Below are positions 50,283 through 58,465 of a stretch of DNA of 64,000 nucleotides, one piece after another. Numbering within the stretch: position 1 is the stretch's first letter; the number at the start of each line of letters is the position of its first letter. The position numbers were made by a program, and so were the translations under genes. Source of the DNA: Planctomycetota bacterium (lineage in GTDB: Bacteria; Planctomycetota; JAJSAM01; JAJVHW01); NCBI GenBank assembly GCA_965248445.1, contig CBDFJG010000002.1:416001-480000 (forward strand), given 5' to 3'. A model generated the notes under the pieces. That model was not told the origin of the DNA. It saw only the letters and a program-made list of their open reading frames with translations, and made no database searches.

Positions 50283-52130
50283 TTACCGCTCGTCCGGCTC
50301 GACGATCTGGTGCACACGGCCCGGCGCGAGGTCGGTGATCACCTGATGCGTGCCACTCGGCCAGTCGATCTCGCAGCGTGTCACGGTTGCCGCGTCGCCC
50401 AGCCCGAAGTAGAGCGTGAGCGTGCTCTGCGCCAGGTACCCCCCGGCCGCGCACACCTGCCGAACTTGGGTCCTCTCGCCGACCTGCAGCCGCGCGACCG
50501 CGCCGACCGCATCGCGGTTGCTGCGGGTCCCGCGCAAGCGCAGGCCGATCCACTCGCGCTTCGGGAGTCGGTTGCGGTAGAGGTACGGTCGCTCGTTGAA
50601 GTTGTTCACGACGAGGTCGGGCCGGCCGTCTCCATCGAAGTCGAGCACAGCCGCGCTCCGAGAACTGCGTGCCGCCGACGTGCCGTCGATCGTCTCTTCC
50701 AGGAATCCGCCACCAGGACGGGGATCGATGCCCCATTGCGTTCGGACGGACTCAAACGTACCGTCGCCACGGTTCCTCATGAGTTCGTTCGGCCACGCGT
50801 GATACGGGTACCCCATCCCCGCCGCGATGAAGACGTCCTCGAATCCGTCCATGTCGAAGTCGGCCGTCGCGATGCCCCACGGCCACATCGTCTCGAGGCC
50901 GACTTCGTCGGACACCTCGGCGAACTTACCGCCGCCTTCGTTGCGGAAGTGGGTGTTCCCGAACACGACCGTTCGAAGTGTCCTGCGGTCCAGGAGCACA
51001 AGTTCGTACAGGTTCTTCCGTTCGTCCTCGGACATGATCCCATCGACGAAGAGCGGCCCCTCCGGTCCTCCGTACTTGACGCGCGCTTCGTCGGCGGTCG
51101 GCAGAACGCCCCACGCCATCCACATGTCGGAGTGCATGTCCACGACGAAGAGGTCGAGCAGGCCGTCGCCGTCTGCATCGAAGGGCTTGCAACCGACGGC
51201 GCCCCACGACGTCCGGCCCAGCATGCTGTCGGTGGCGTCGCTGAATCGCTTGCCGTCATCGTTGCGGAAGAGCGTGCTGCGCCCGAACATGTTGGTGACG
51301 AACAAGTCCTGATCGCCGTCGCCATCGGCGTCGAACACGGCGGTGTCGCCGCTCCAGCCAACCGTGCCGAGCCCGGTCTCCGACGTGACGTCCTCGAAGG
51401 TGCCGTCGCGGCGATTGCGATACAGCAAGCTGGACTCGACGCCGCTACGGACGAGCTCCAGCAGACTCCCGGGTCCGACGTAGTAACGACCATCGGGAGC
51501 CCGTTCGTCCTCCGTCCACCGAGCCGTGTCGGTGACGAAGAGATCGAGCCAGCCGTCGCTGTCATAGTCGAAGAAGGTGGCGCCCTGGGAGTGCGCCACG
51601 AGCGCCACTCCGGCCGACTCCGTCACGTCGGTGAACACCCCGCCTGCGTCCTGGCGGAACAGGACGTTGCCGCCTCTGGTCGATGCGACGAACAGATCCT
51701 GGTCGCCGTCGTTGTCGTAGTCGGCGAACGCGGCTGACGTGCAGACCCGGTCACCGAGACCGACGCCCGCCCGGCTGGTGACGTCCTCGAACGTCCCGTC
51801 CCCGCGGTTGCGAAACAGCGCGTTCGACTCGAGCTGGTTCAGGAAGTAGATGTCGTCGAGACCGTCGCCGTCGTAGTCCGCGACCGAGACGCCCGCGCCG
51901 TGGTCATACAGGTTGATCTTGAAGCGGGCCCCCTGCTCGCCCTCCAGGAACGACATCACGAAGTCGAGCCCGGCCGTCTCGCCGACCTCCTCGAAAACGG
52001 TGGCCTCGGACGGCGGCTCCTCCGACCCGGGGGCGTCCGGCTCCGCGCGGCGGCAGCCGGCGGTGAGCACGGCGGCGCACAGGGCTGCGGCCAGGCCGAG
52101 CCTTACAAGGCTGGGTGTCGAAGCGGCCAT
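50283..52130 (-). CDS. CRTAC1/ASPIC-UnbV family FG-GAP lipoprotein (paralog 1)
   Basis: Lipobox LTAGC; shares FKINLYDHGAGV, DMHSDMW and WPWGIATAD blocks with paralog 2. Confidence 0.9.
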   Translation of the reverse strand: MAASTPSLVRLGLAAALCAAVLTAGCRRAEPDAPGSEEPPSEATVFEEVGETAGLDFVMSFLEGEQGARFKINLYDHGAGVSVADYDGDGLDDIYFLNQLESNALFRNRGDGTFEDVTSRAGVGLGDRVCTSAAFADYDNDGDQDLFVASTRGGNVLFRQDAGGVFTDVTESAGVALVAHSQGATFFDYDSDGWLDLFVTDTARWTEDERAPDGRYYVGPGSLLELVRSGVESSLLYRNRRDGTFEDVTSETGLGTVGWSGDTAVFDADGDGDQDLFVTNMFGRSTLFRNDDGKRFSDATDSMLGRTSWGAVGCKPFDADGDGLLDLFVVDMHSDMWMAWGVLPTADEARVKYGGPEGPLFVDGIMSEDERKNLYELVLLDRRTLRTVVFGNTHFRNEGGGKFAEVSDEVGLETMWPWGIATADFDMDGFEDVFIAAGMGYPYHAWPNELMRNRGDGTFESVRTQWGIDPRPGGGFLEETIDGTSAARSSRSAAVLDFDGDGRPDLVVNNFNERPYLYRNRLPKREWIGLRLRGTRSNRDAVGAVARLQVGERTQVRQVCAAGGYLAQSTLTLYFGLGDAATVTRCEIDWPSGTHQVITDLAPGRVHQIVEPDER

Positions 52131-52457
52131 CAGGGTCCTTCCCGAGGCCGGAGCGGCTGATCGTCAGCCGAATCCGGACTCCACTCCGCGGCGATGCCCT
52201 CGGAGGGTTGTCGCGGCGGACTCTAGCCCTAACTCCCCTCTCGTCAACCCCGGCGGACGGGCGGAAGTTCCGGTCGAAATGGACCACCACGGTCCCGCGC
52301 GGGGAGCGGCAACGTGTCCGTGCACGCCGGGCCTGCCGATCGTATCTAGAGGAGGGGCCGCTCTTGCGCGGCCTCGCGGCGGGTCGGTCTCGGAAGGTCC
52401 GAGGCGGCCCGGCGGTTCGCCCGGTGGGAGTCATCCCACCGTAACCTGTTTACAGAT

Positions 52458-54965
52458 ATGAACTCTCGCGCCCGGCCGGCCGCCGGGCGGGACCCGGAGA
52501 CCGCCACACCCATGACCTCACCACGCACTAGCAGGAGGCTCGTCGCAGCGGCCCTGACGGGCCTCTTGATCTTCGGCACGGGCCTGATCCCGACCGGGCC
52601 GGCATCGGCTCAGGAGACGGGCGTCGAGGGGGCAGGCAGCGAAGAGGAGATCCGCACCCTCGCCGAGGGGATCGCCTACGCCGACGAGGCCGAGCACGCC
52701 TGGAACGACGCCGTGCGACTGGTCGAGTTCCGCGACAAGGCGACGCCCCACGCGGTGGATGCGGCGGAACTCGACGACGCCACCCCGCTCGGCCGGGTCG
52801 CTCTGGCGCGCGTCCTCTCGCAACTTGGCGAGCGCTCGCGAGCCACCACCGTCCTGCTGAAGGTCGCAGGATCGGACTCGGGCATCTCGATCCGAGCCGA
52901 CGCGTGCCGAATGCTGGAGGAGACGGCGGACGACGACATCGAGGAGGACCTTTGGACCCTCCTCGAGGGCGCGCTCGACCCGCGTCTGCGCGCGTCGCTC
53001 GCGAAGACGCTCTGGGTACTCACGAAGGACCTCGCGGCGAAGAAGACCCTCAAGGAACTGCTCAACAGCGAGGACCTCGATCTACGGATCGAGGGCGCGC
53101 TGTCGCTCGCCGAGCTGGACGACTTCAGCGAACACGTGCGCGCTGTGCTGCAGCGCGTGAGGCACGAGCCGACCACGCGCGGCCGTCTGGCGGACGCGCT
53201 ACTGGTCCAGCGCGAGTGGCGCGACATCGCGGACGCAACGCCGAGAGCCACCTCGGACAGTCCCGAGGGCGGCGCCGCCGACCCGCTGGAGCGCTTGATC
53301 CAAGACACGCTGCACCGGCTCAAGGCGTATCACGTCAAGGGCGGCGATCTCACGATGCAGAAGCTCTGGGAAGGTGCCGCGCGCGGCCTCGTCGACGCAG
53401 TCGGCGACCCGTACACGACCTTCCAGAGTTCCGAGGAACGCGACGACTGGCAGGACCACCTGGCCAAGGAGTACGGCGGCATCGGTGCGTACGTGGGCTA
53501 CGACAAGGACGGGTTCTTCATCGTCACGCGGCCGATGTTCGACGGACCGGCGTGGAAGGCCAGGCTCAGGGCCGGCGACCGCGTCGTCACGGTGGACGGC
53601 TGGGACACCTCCGGAAAGGAACTGACCGAGATCGTCAAGCACCTACGCGGGGTGCCCGACACGATCGTCGAGATCGACGTGGTGCGGAAGGGGTGGGAGA
53701 AGCCCCGCACCATGCGCATGACGCGCGGGAAGATTCGTGTGCCGACGGTCTGGCCCGAGGTCCTCCCGGGCGGCATCGGATACGTCCTCGTGGACAACTT
53801 CGCGCGCAACACGGCCGAGGAGTTCAAGGCCGCGTTGGTGGACTTCGAGAAGCAGGGCGTCAAGTACCTCGTCCTCGACCTGCGCTGGAACAGCGGGGGC
53901 TACCTGAGGACCGCGCAGAGCATGGGCGACTACCTGTTGCCGTCCGGGAAGCTCGTCGTGGAGACGGCCGGCCGCGCGGGGGTGCACGATCCCGAGATCT
54001 ACGTGACGCAGGGCAGCAGCACGCGCTGGAGCCGGTCGGTGCCGCTGACGGTGCTCGTCAACGGGGCGAGTGCGAGTGCCAGTGAGATCCTGTCCGGCTG
54101 CCTCCAGATCCACGATCGCGCGGAGATCGTCGGCCTCCGGACCTACGGCAAGGGCAGCGTTCAGAACCTCTATCCGATCTACACCCAGCCGTTCGCCGAG
54201 CCGTTCGCCGACGTGAACAAGAACGGGCGGTGGGACGAGGCGGAGCCGCTCGACGACCGCAATGGCAACGGCAGGCGCGATGCGAACGAACGGTTCATCG
54301 ATACGGACCGCAACAAGCGCTGGAGCCCGGCGGAGCCGTTCGACGACCTGAACGACAACAAGCGGTACGACTGCCCCGCCATCAAGGTGACGATCGCGAA
54401 GTACTTCGTGGGCCGCCGGAAGGGTTCGCGGGAGATCCACCCGCACCGCGAGGAGATGGTCGTCGCCGGACGGCGGGAGTTCCTCGGCGGCATCGAGCCG
54501 GACGTGCCCGTGGACCTCGACGACATGGGCGGCTGGCGCGCGGAGACGATCGCCGACCTCGACGAGAGCGACGTCTTCGAGAAGTACCTGAACAAGCAGT
54601 TCGAAGCAAACCCAGACGCGATGACGCGCCTCGTCATGCGCGACACACGCAACCCCAATGACTGGCCGGAGTTCGATGCGTTCTACGTGTCGCTCGGAAC
54701 GCAGCTCTCGCGGGAGGACATCTGGCTCCAGTTGCACTACCGCGGGCGTCAGATGGCAAGTGACCGCGTGGGACGCCTGATCGTCGGCGACTGGGCTGCG
54801 GACTCGCAGCTCCAGCGCGCGATCCGCACTCTGATGGACGGGCCGGGCGCCACCGAACTGGCCGGCACGCCGGAGTACGCCTTCATCCGCAGCCGCACGT
54901 TCGAGGTGCCGCCCGTCTACGGCGACGCCCTGAAGAGCGCGCGCAAGTTCGGGACTGGCCGCTAG
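52458..54965 (+). CDS. S41A carboxyl-terminal protease with HEAT-like N-terminus, PDZ domain and an EF-hand-like repeat insertion (start may be 52512)
   Basis: DPYT, YGGIG, DLRWNSGG, SASASEI (Ser), TYGKGSVQ (Lys), GGIEPD. Confidence 0.9.
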   Translation: MNSRARPAAGRDPETATPMTSPRTSRRLVAAALTGLLIFGTGLIPTGPASAQETGVEGAGSEEEIRTLAEGIAYADEAEHAWNDAVRLVEFRDKATPHAVDAAELDDATPLGRVALARVLSQLGERSRATTVLLKVAGSDSGISIRADACRMLEETADDDIEEDLWTLLEGALDPRLRASLAKTLWVLTKDLAAKKTLKELLNSEDLDLRIEGALSLAELDDFSEHVRAVLQRVRHEPTTRGRLADALLVQREWRDIADATPRATSDSPEGGAADPLERLIQDTLHRLKAYHVKGGDLTMQKLWEGAARGLVDAVGDPYTTFQSSEERDDWQDHLAKEYGGIGAYVGYDKDGFFIVTRPMFDGPAWKARLRAGDRVVTVDGWDTSGKELTEIVKHLRGVPDTIVEIDVVRKGWEKPRTMRMTRGKIRVPTVWPEVLPGGIGYVLVDNFARNTAEEFKAALVDFEKQGVKYLVLDLRWNSGGYLRTAQSMGDYLLPSGKLVVETAGRAGVHDPEIYVTQGSSTRWSRSVPLTVLVNGASASASEILSGCLQIHDRAEIVGLRTYGKGSVQNLYPIYTQPFAEPFADVNKNGRWDEAEPLDDRNGNGRRDANERFIDTDRNKRWSPAEPFDDLNDNKRYDCPAIKVTIAKYFVGRRKGSREIHPHREEMVVAGRREFLGGIEPDVPVDLDDMGGWRAETIADLDESDVFEKYLNKQFEANPDAMTRLVMRDTRNPNDWPEFDAFYVSLGTQLSREDIWLQLHYRGRQMASDRVGRLIVGDWAADSQLQRAIRTLMDGPGATELAGTPEYAFIRSRTFEVPPVYGDALKSARKFGTGR

Positions 54966-54975
54966 CGAGGCGCTG

Positions 54976-55692
54976 CTAGCCCAGCAAGCGCGCAAACAAC
55001 CCGCTGCGCCCCGGCCCGCCCCCGGACGCGCGGTGCGAGAACAACACCTCACCGCACATCGTGCAGCCCGGCACGCGGTCGATGTGCTCTGAGGGCACGC
55101 CGCCGTCCGTGAGTGTGGCCGCGATCGCCGCTCCGAGATCGAGTAGAACGTGACCCTCGCGGCCAGCCGGCGCGTACCAGCCGCGCGCGCGAGCGCCGAA
55201 CGCCTCGTCGAAGCACGCGGCGACCTCCGGACCGACCTCGAAGCACGACGCGCAAGCGCCTGGGAACACGGCCGCCTGCACGCGCTCGGGAGACGCGCCG
55301 AGTCCGCACAGCACGCGCAAGGCCTCCGCGACGACGTGCTGCTCCGTGCCCCGCCACCCCGCGTGGACTAGCGCGAGCGCGTGCGCGTCAACGTCCACGA
55401 GCGCGATCAGCGGACAGTCCGCTCCCTGCACCATCAACGTGACATCGGTTCTGGTCGTGGCGACGCCATCCGCGCGACCTGCTTCGAGTTCGTCATCGAT
55501 CACCGCGACCCCTGCGCCGTGCACCTGATGCGGCGCCACGAGACGCGCACCTGCGCCCGCGACGTCAGCGGCGAGGGCTGCGCGCGTGGCGGCGGCGATC
55601 GCGTCGTCCACCGGTCCGACGGATCCCTCTGCGCGCGTGGACAGTCCGTGAGCGAGGGAGGGAGCGCGCGCGAGGAGCGCGCTGCGGATCAT
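54976..55692 (-). CDS. pgeF: PgeF/YfiH family protein
   Basis: QVHG, ADG, ADCP, HAGWRG, FEVGPEV, CTMC...FSHR. Confidence 0.9.
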   Translation of the reverse strand: MIRSALLARAPSLAHGLSTRAEGSVGPVDDAIAAATRAALAADVAGAGARLVAPHQVHGAGVAVIDDELEAGRADGVATTRTDVTLMVQGADCPLIALVDVDAHALALVHAGWRGTEQHVVAEALRVLCGLGASPERVQAAVFPGACASCFEVGPEVAACFDEAFGARARGWYAPAGREGHVLLDLGAAIAATLTDGGVPSEHIDRVPGCTMCGEVLFSHRASGGGPGRSGLFARLLG

Positions 55693-56093
55693 GCGCCGCG
55701 TGCGGCGAGACGCGGGGGGTCGCGCTCGAGCGACTGCTTGAAGTGGGCGTCGAGTCCCTCTTCGAACGAGAACGCGTCGTCGAACTGGTCGCGCGTGTCC
55801 TCTTCGCCGGCTTCTAGCAGCCCGCGCCGGATCAGGTTGAACACGAGGTCGCCGATGGCGCCGGTGTCGTGCATGCCCCACGTCTCGAGCACCGAACGCG
55901 CCAGGAAGCCCCAGTGGTCCACCGCCGCATCGCGGACTCCGAGCACCAGTTCGCGCGGAGTCACGTGGCGGCGGGTCCGCATGTTCGCCAGGGCGTGCTC
56001 GAGACCATCGAACACGAGCATGTACGCATCGGCCGGGTAGCGCCGGTCCGTACGTGCCAAGTCCGCTATCTGCTCTTGCAGACGATCGTGCAT
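55689..56093 (-). CDS. Minf_1886-family (Planctomycetes/Verrucomicrobia conserved) protein
   Basis: DRRY..DAY, HVTPREL, VL.TWG...T..IGDLVFNL, D....F. Confidence 0.85.
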   Translation of the reverse strand: MHDRLQEQIADLARTDRRYPADAYMLVFDGLEHALANMRTRRHVTPRELVLGVRDAAVDHWGFLARSVLETWGMHDTGAIGDLVFNLIRRGLLEAGEEDTRDQFDDAFSFEEGLDAHFKQSLERDPPRLAARGA

Positions 56094-56156
56094 CAAGCTC
56101 TCCGGGGGTGGACGGAGGGCCACCGACCGAGGCCGGGTCACCCCACCGCACAGGGT

Positions 56157-56184
56157 TCATCGGCCATCCGCGGGCGGACTTTGA
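56157..56184 (-). promoter_or_regulatory. Putative sigma28 (FliA/WhiG-like) promoter
   Basis: CAAA-N15-GCCGATGA, close to the TAAA-N15-GCCGATAA consensus. Confidence 0.55.
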
Positions 56185-56258
56185 GCGTCCTCACATGACA
56201 CTTCGTCAGCGGTTCGGGGGACACGGCATAAGCCATGTCTCTGACGGCACTTGGGAGC

Positions 56259-57365
56259 CTAATTCAAGCGTGAGCCGGCACGTCGCAAGCGGACCCTGAG
56301 GGCTCTGAGGGCCAGTTCCGGGGAGACGTTCGCGCGCAGCGACTCGAGGGCCGAGGCAGTGGCCGGCACGAGGCTGTCCAGCCCATCGGCGCTCCCGGAG
56401 GCGGCAGCGACGTCCCGTGCTGTCAGGAGAGCCAGACGCAGCAGGTCCGCGGCACGGAGGCGCTGACCGACGAGGTCGCGGGTGCCGTCCGCGGCGAACG
56501 AGAGGGCGGGTTCCGCTGACCCGGTGTCTCCAGGATCGAGCAACGCGCTGACGGCGGCAGGGCCGTCCTCGACCAGTCCGGTGCGCACCGCGCGCAGGGC
56601 GCGCCCGACCGAACCCTGTCCGAGGCGTACCGCGAGGGCGAGTCCTGCGGTGTCGGGCCGCTCGTCGAGCGGGAGCGCGGAGAGCAGTAGCCGCTGAACG
56701 ACCTCCGGCTCGAGCGGCCGGAAACGAACGCGCTGGCATCGCGAGACGATCGTGTCAGGCACGGCGTCGGCATCGCTCGCGAGAAGCAGGTAGGTCGTGC
56801 GCGGTGGTGGTTCCTCGAGGCTCTTCAGAAGCGTGGCGACGCTCCCGTCGTCGACCTCGTCGAGCGAGTCGATCAGCACGACCTTGCGAGCTCCCCCCGC
56901 GGCGGCCAGTGCGGTCAGTTCGAGCAGGCGGCGCAGGGCGTGCACGCGTAGCGGCCTCCGCGTCGAAGCGGGCTCCTGGCGCGCGGCCGCGAGCGAGAAC
57001 GCCGGCGGTCCCAGGCGCGCTGCCTCCGACGGTCCCGAGGGGTGCGGACCGGTCTCGGCCGTGATCAGGAGCAGGTCCGGGTGCGTGCCCGCGGCGACGA
57101 GATCGCACGCGCGGCACGACCCGCAGGGCTCGCTGCCTCGCGGAGCGGCGCACAGGAGCGCCGCGGCGAACCCGAGGGCCCCGCGGCGGCGCCCGACCCC
57201 CGACGGTCCGTGCAGAAGGTACGCCCCGCCCACGCGCGCGCCGCCGCCGGAGAGCGCAGCCGCGAACGACTGCTGAGCCGGAGCCTGGCCTTCGAGCGCG
57301 CCGAGCGACGGGAGCCCCCCGATTGAGCCGGAGGTGCGGCCGGGGGGCGCTCGATTAGCCGACAT
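56259..57365 (-). CDS. holB: DNA polymerase III subunit delta'
   Basis: AYLLHGPSGVG, C..PCGSCRAC, HPD, LLKSLEEPP, TIVSRCQ; follows tmk. Confidence 0.9.
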   Translation of the reverse strand: MSANRAPPGRTSGSIGGLPSLGALEGQAPAQQSFAAALSGGGARVGGAYLLHGPSGVGRRRGALGFAAALLCAAPRGSEPCGSCRACDLVAAGTHPDLLLITAETGPHPSGPSEAARLGPPAFSLAAARQEPASTRRPLRVHALRRLLELTALAAAGGARKVVLIDSLDEVDDGSVATLLKSLEEPPPRTTYLLLASDADAVPDTIVSRCQRVRFRPLEPEVVQRLLLSALPLDERPDTAGLALAVRLGQGSVGRALRAVRTGLVEDGPAAVSALLDPGDTGSAEPALSFAADGTRDLVGQRLRAADLLRLALLTARDVAAASGSADGLDSLVPATASALESLRANVSPELALRALRVRLRRAGSRLN

Positions 57366-57972
57366 GGGCGAGCACCTCCTCGAGCACGCGGGCGGCGGTC
57401 GCTTCCGCGTCCGACGGGGCCACGAGGACGTGGTCCTTGCGAGCCCGCGCGAGGCGGCGATACGTCTTCACGACCCGCGCGTGAAAAGCACCGCTCTTGC
57501 TCTCGATGCGATCGCGCTCACTCCCGACTCGCTCGAGGCCCTTCCCCACGGGAACGTCCAGCACGATCACGAGGTCCGGGGACGCGGCGCCCTCCGCGAT
57601 CCCGGCCAGCCGCCTCACCGTGCGAACCCCCACCCCGCCGGCGGACCCCTGGTACACCTCCGTGGACAGCGTCCACCGCTCGCACACGACGGCGTCACCG
57701 CGCTCGAGAGCGGGGGCGATCACCTGCTCTGCGAGCTGGGCGCGAGCCGCCATGAAGAGCAGGGCTTCGGCGCGCGGGGTCACGTCGCCTGGACGGCCGT
57801 CGAGGAGAATCCGGCGGATTGCGTCGGAGAGCGGTGTCCCGCCCGGATCGCTGGTGTGCGTCACGGTCCGGCCGCGTCCGCGAAGAGCCTCGGTCAGACG
57901 CTGCGCCTGCGTGCTCTTCCCGCACCCGTCGGCCCCTTCGAGCACCACGAAACAGCCCCTCTCCGGCGTCAT
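57355..57972 (-). CDS. tmk: Thymidylate kinase
   Basis: EGADGCGKSTQ, PGGT, LLFMAARAQ, YQG, PDL...LDV. Confidence 0.95.
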   Translation of the reverse strand: MTPERGCFVVLEGADGCGKSTQAQRLTEALRGRGRTVTHTSDPGGTPLSDAIRRILLDGRPGDVTPRAEALLFMAARAQLAEQVIAPALERGDAVVCERWTLSTEVYQGSAGGVGVRTVRRLAGIAEGAASPDLVIVLDVPVGKGLERVGSERDRIESKSGAFHARVVKTYRRLARARKDHVLVAPSDAEATAARVLEEVLAHVG

Positions 57973-58111
57973 CCGCACGAGTGTAGTGCCGACTCGGACC
58001 GACCGTTCGTGTCCGCGACGTCAGGCTCGGGTGTTCTCGACATCGGGCGCTCACGACGGAATTCCCCTCGCGCGGCGATTCCGGGCCCGGTGAGAGCGCT
58101 CGCGACGGCGG

Positions 58112-58411
58112 TTCTCCACAGTCCAGAATGCCGTGTGAACCGTTCGTGGAGAACTGACGTTTCTGCGGCCGGGTGGCGTGCGCCCCTGCATTTGGCGTGA
58201 ATGCGGCGCGGCGGAATGCGCCGCGGGCGACGACACGGAACTCTCCTGCCCGCGAGGAGTTACGACGCTCCGAGCCACATCGCGCGAACCCGCGTGGCGG
58301 ATTTCGAGGCGTTTCTTCTTGTTGCGCACGCGTTCCCGTCGCGGAACGCGCGGTGGCCACGCTCGTGTGGATAAGCCGGAAGAGTGCGATCGCCGGAAGC
58401 TCTTTGGATAG
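58112..58411. promoter_or_regulatory. DnaA-box cluster
   Basis: Perfect TTATCCACA on the minus strand at 58366-58374; TTCTCCACA at 58112-58120; two-mismatch boxes at 58145-58153 and 58403-58411. Confidence 0.55.
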
Positions 58412-58465
58412 GACACTTACGAACGTCTGGGCGCCGCAGAGCGTGCGTTCGGTCCGAGGCTGGCG

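Noticed and set aside
52131..52457. Riboswitch, ncRNA or small selenoprotein in the divergent spacer
   Set aside because: GC-rich hairpins only; no recognisable aptamer consensus or credible ORF. An Rfam scan would be needed to exclude it fully
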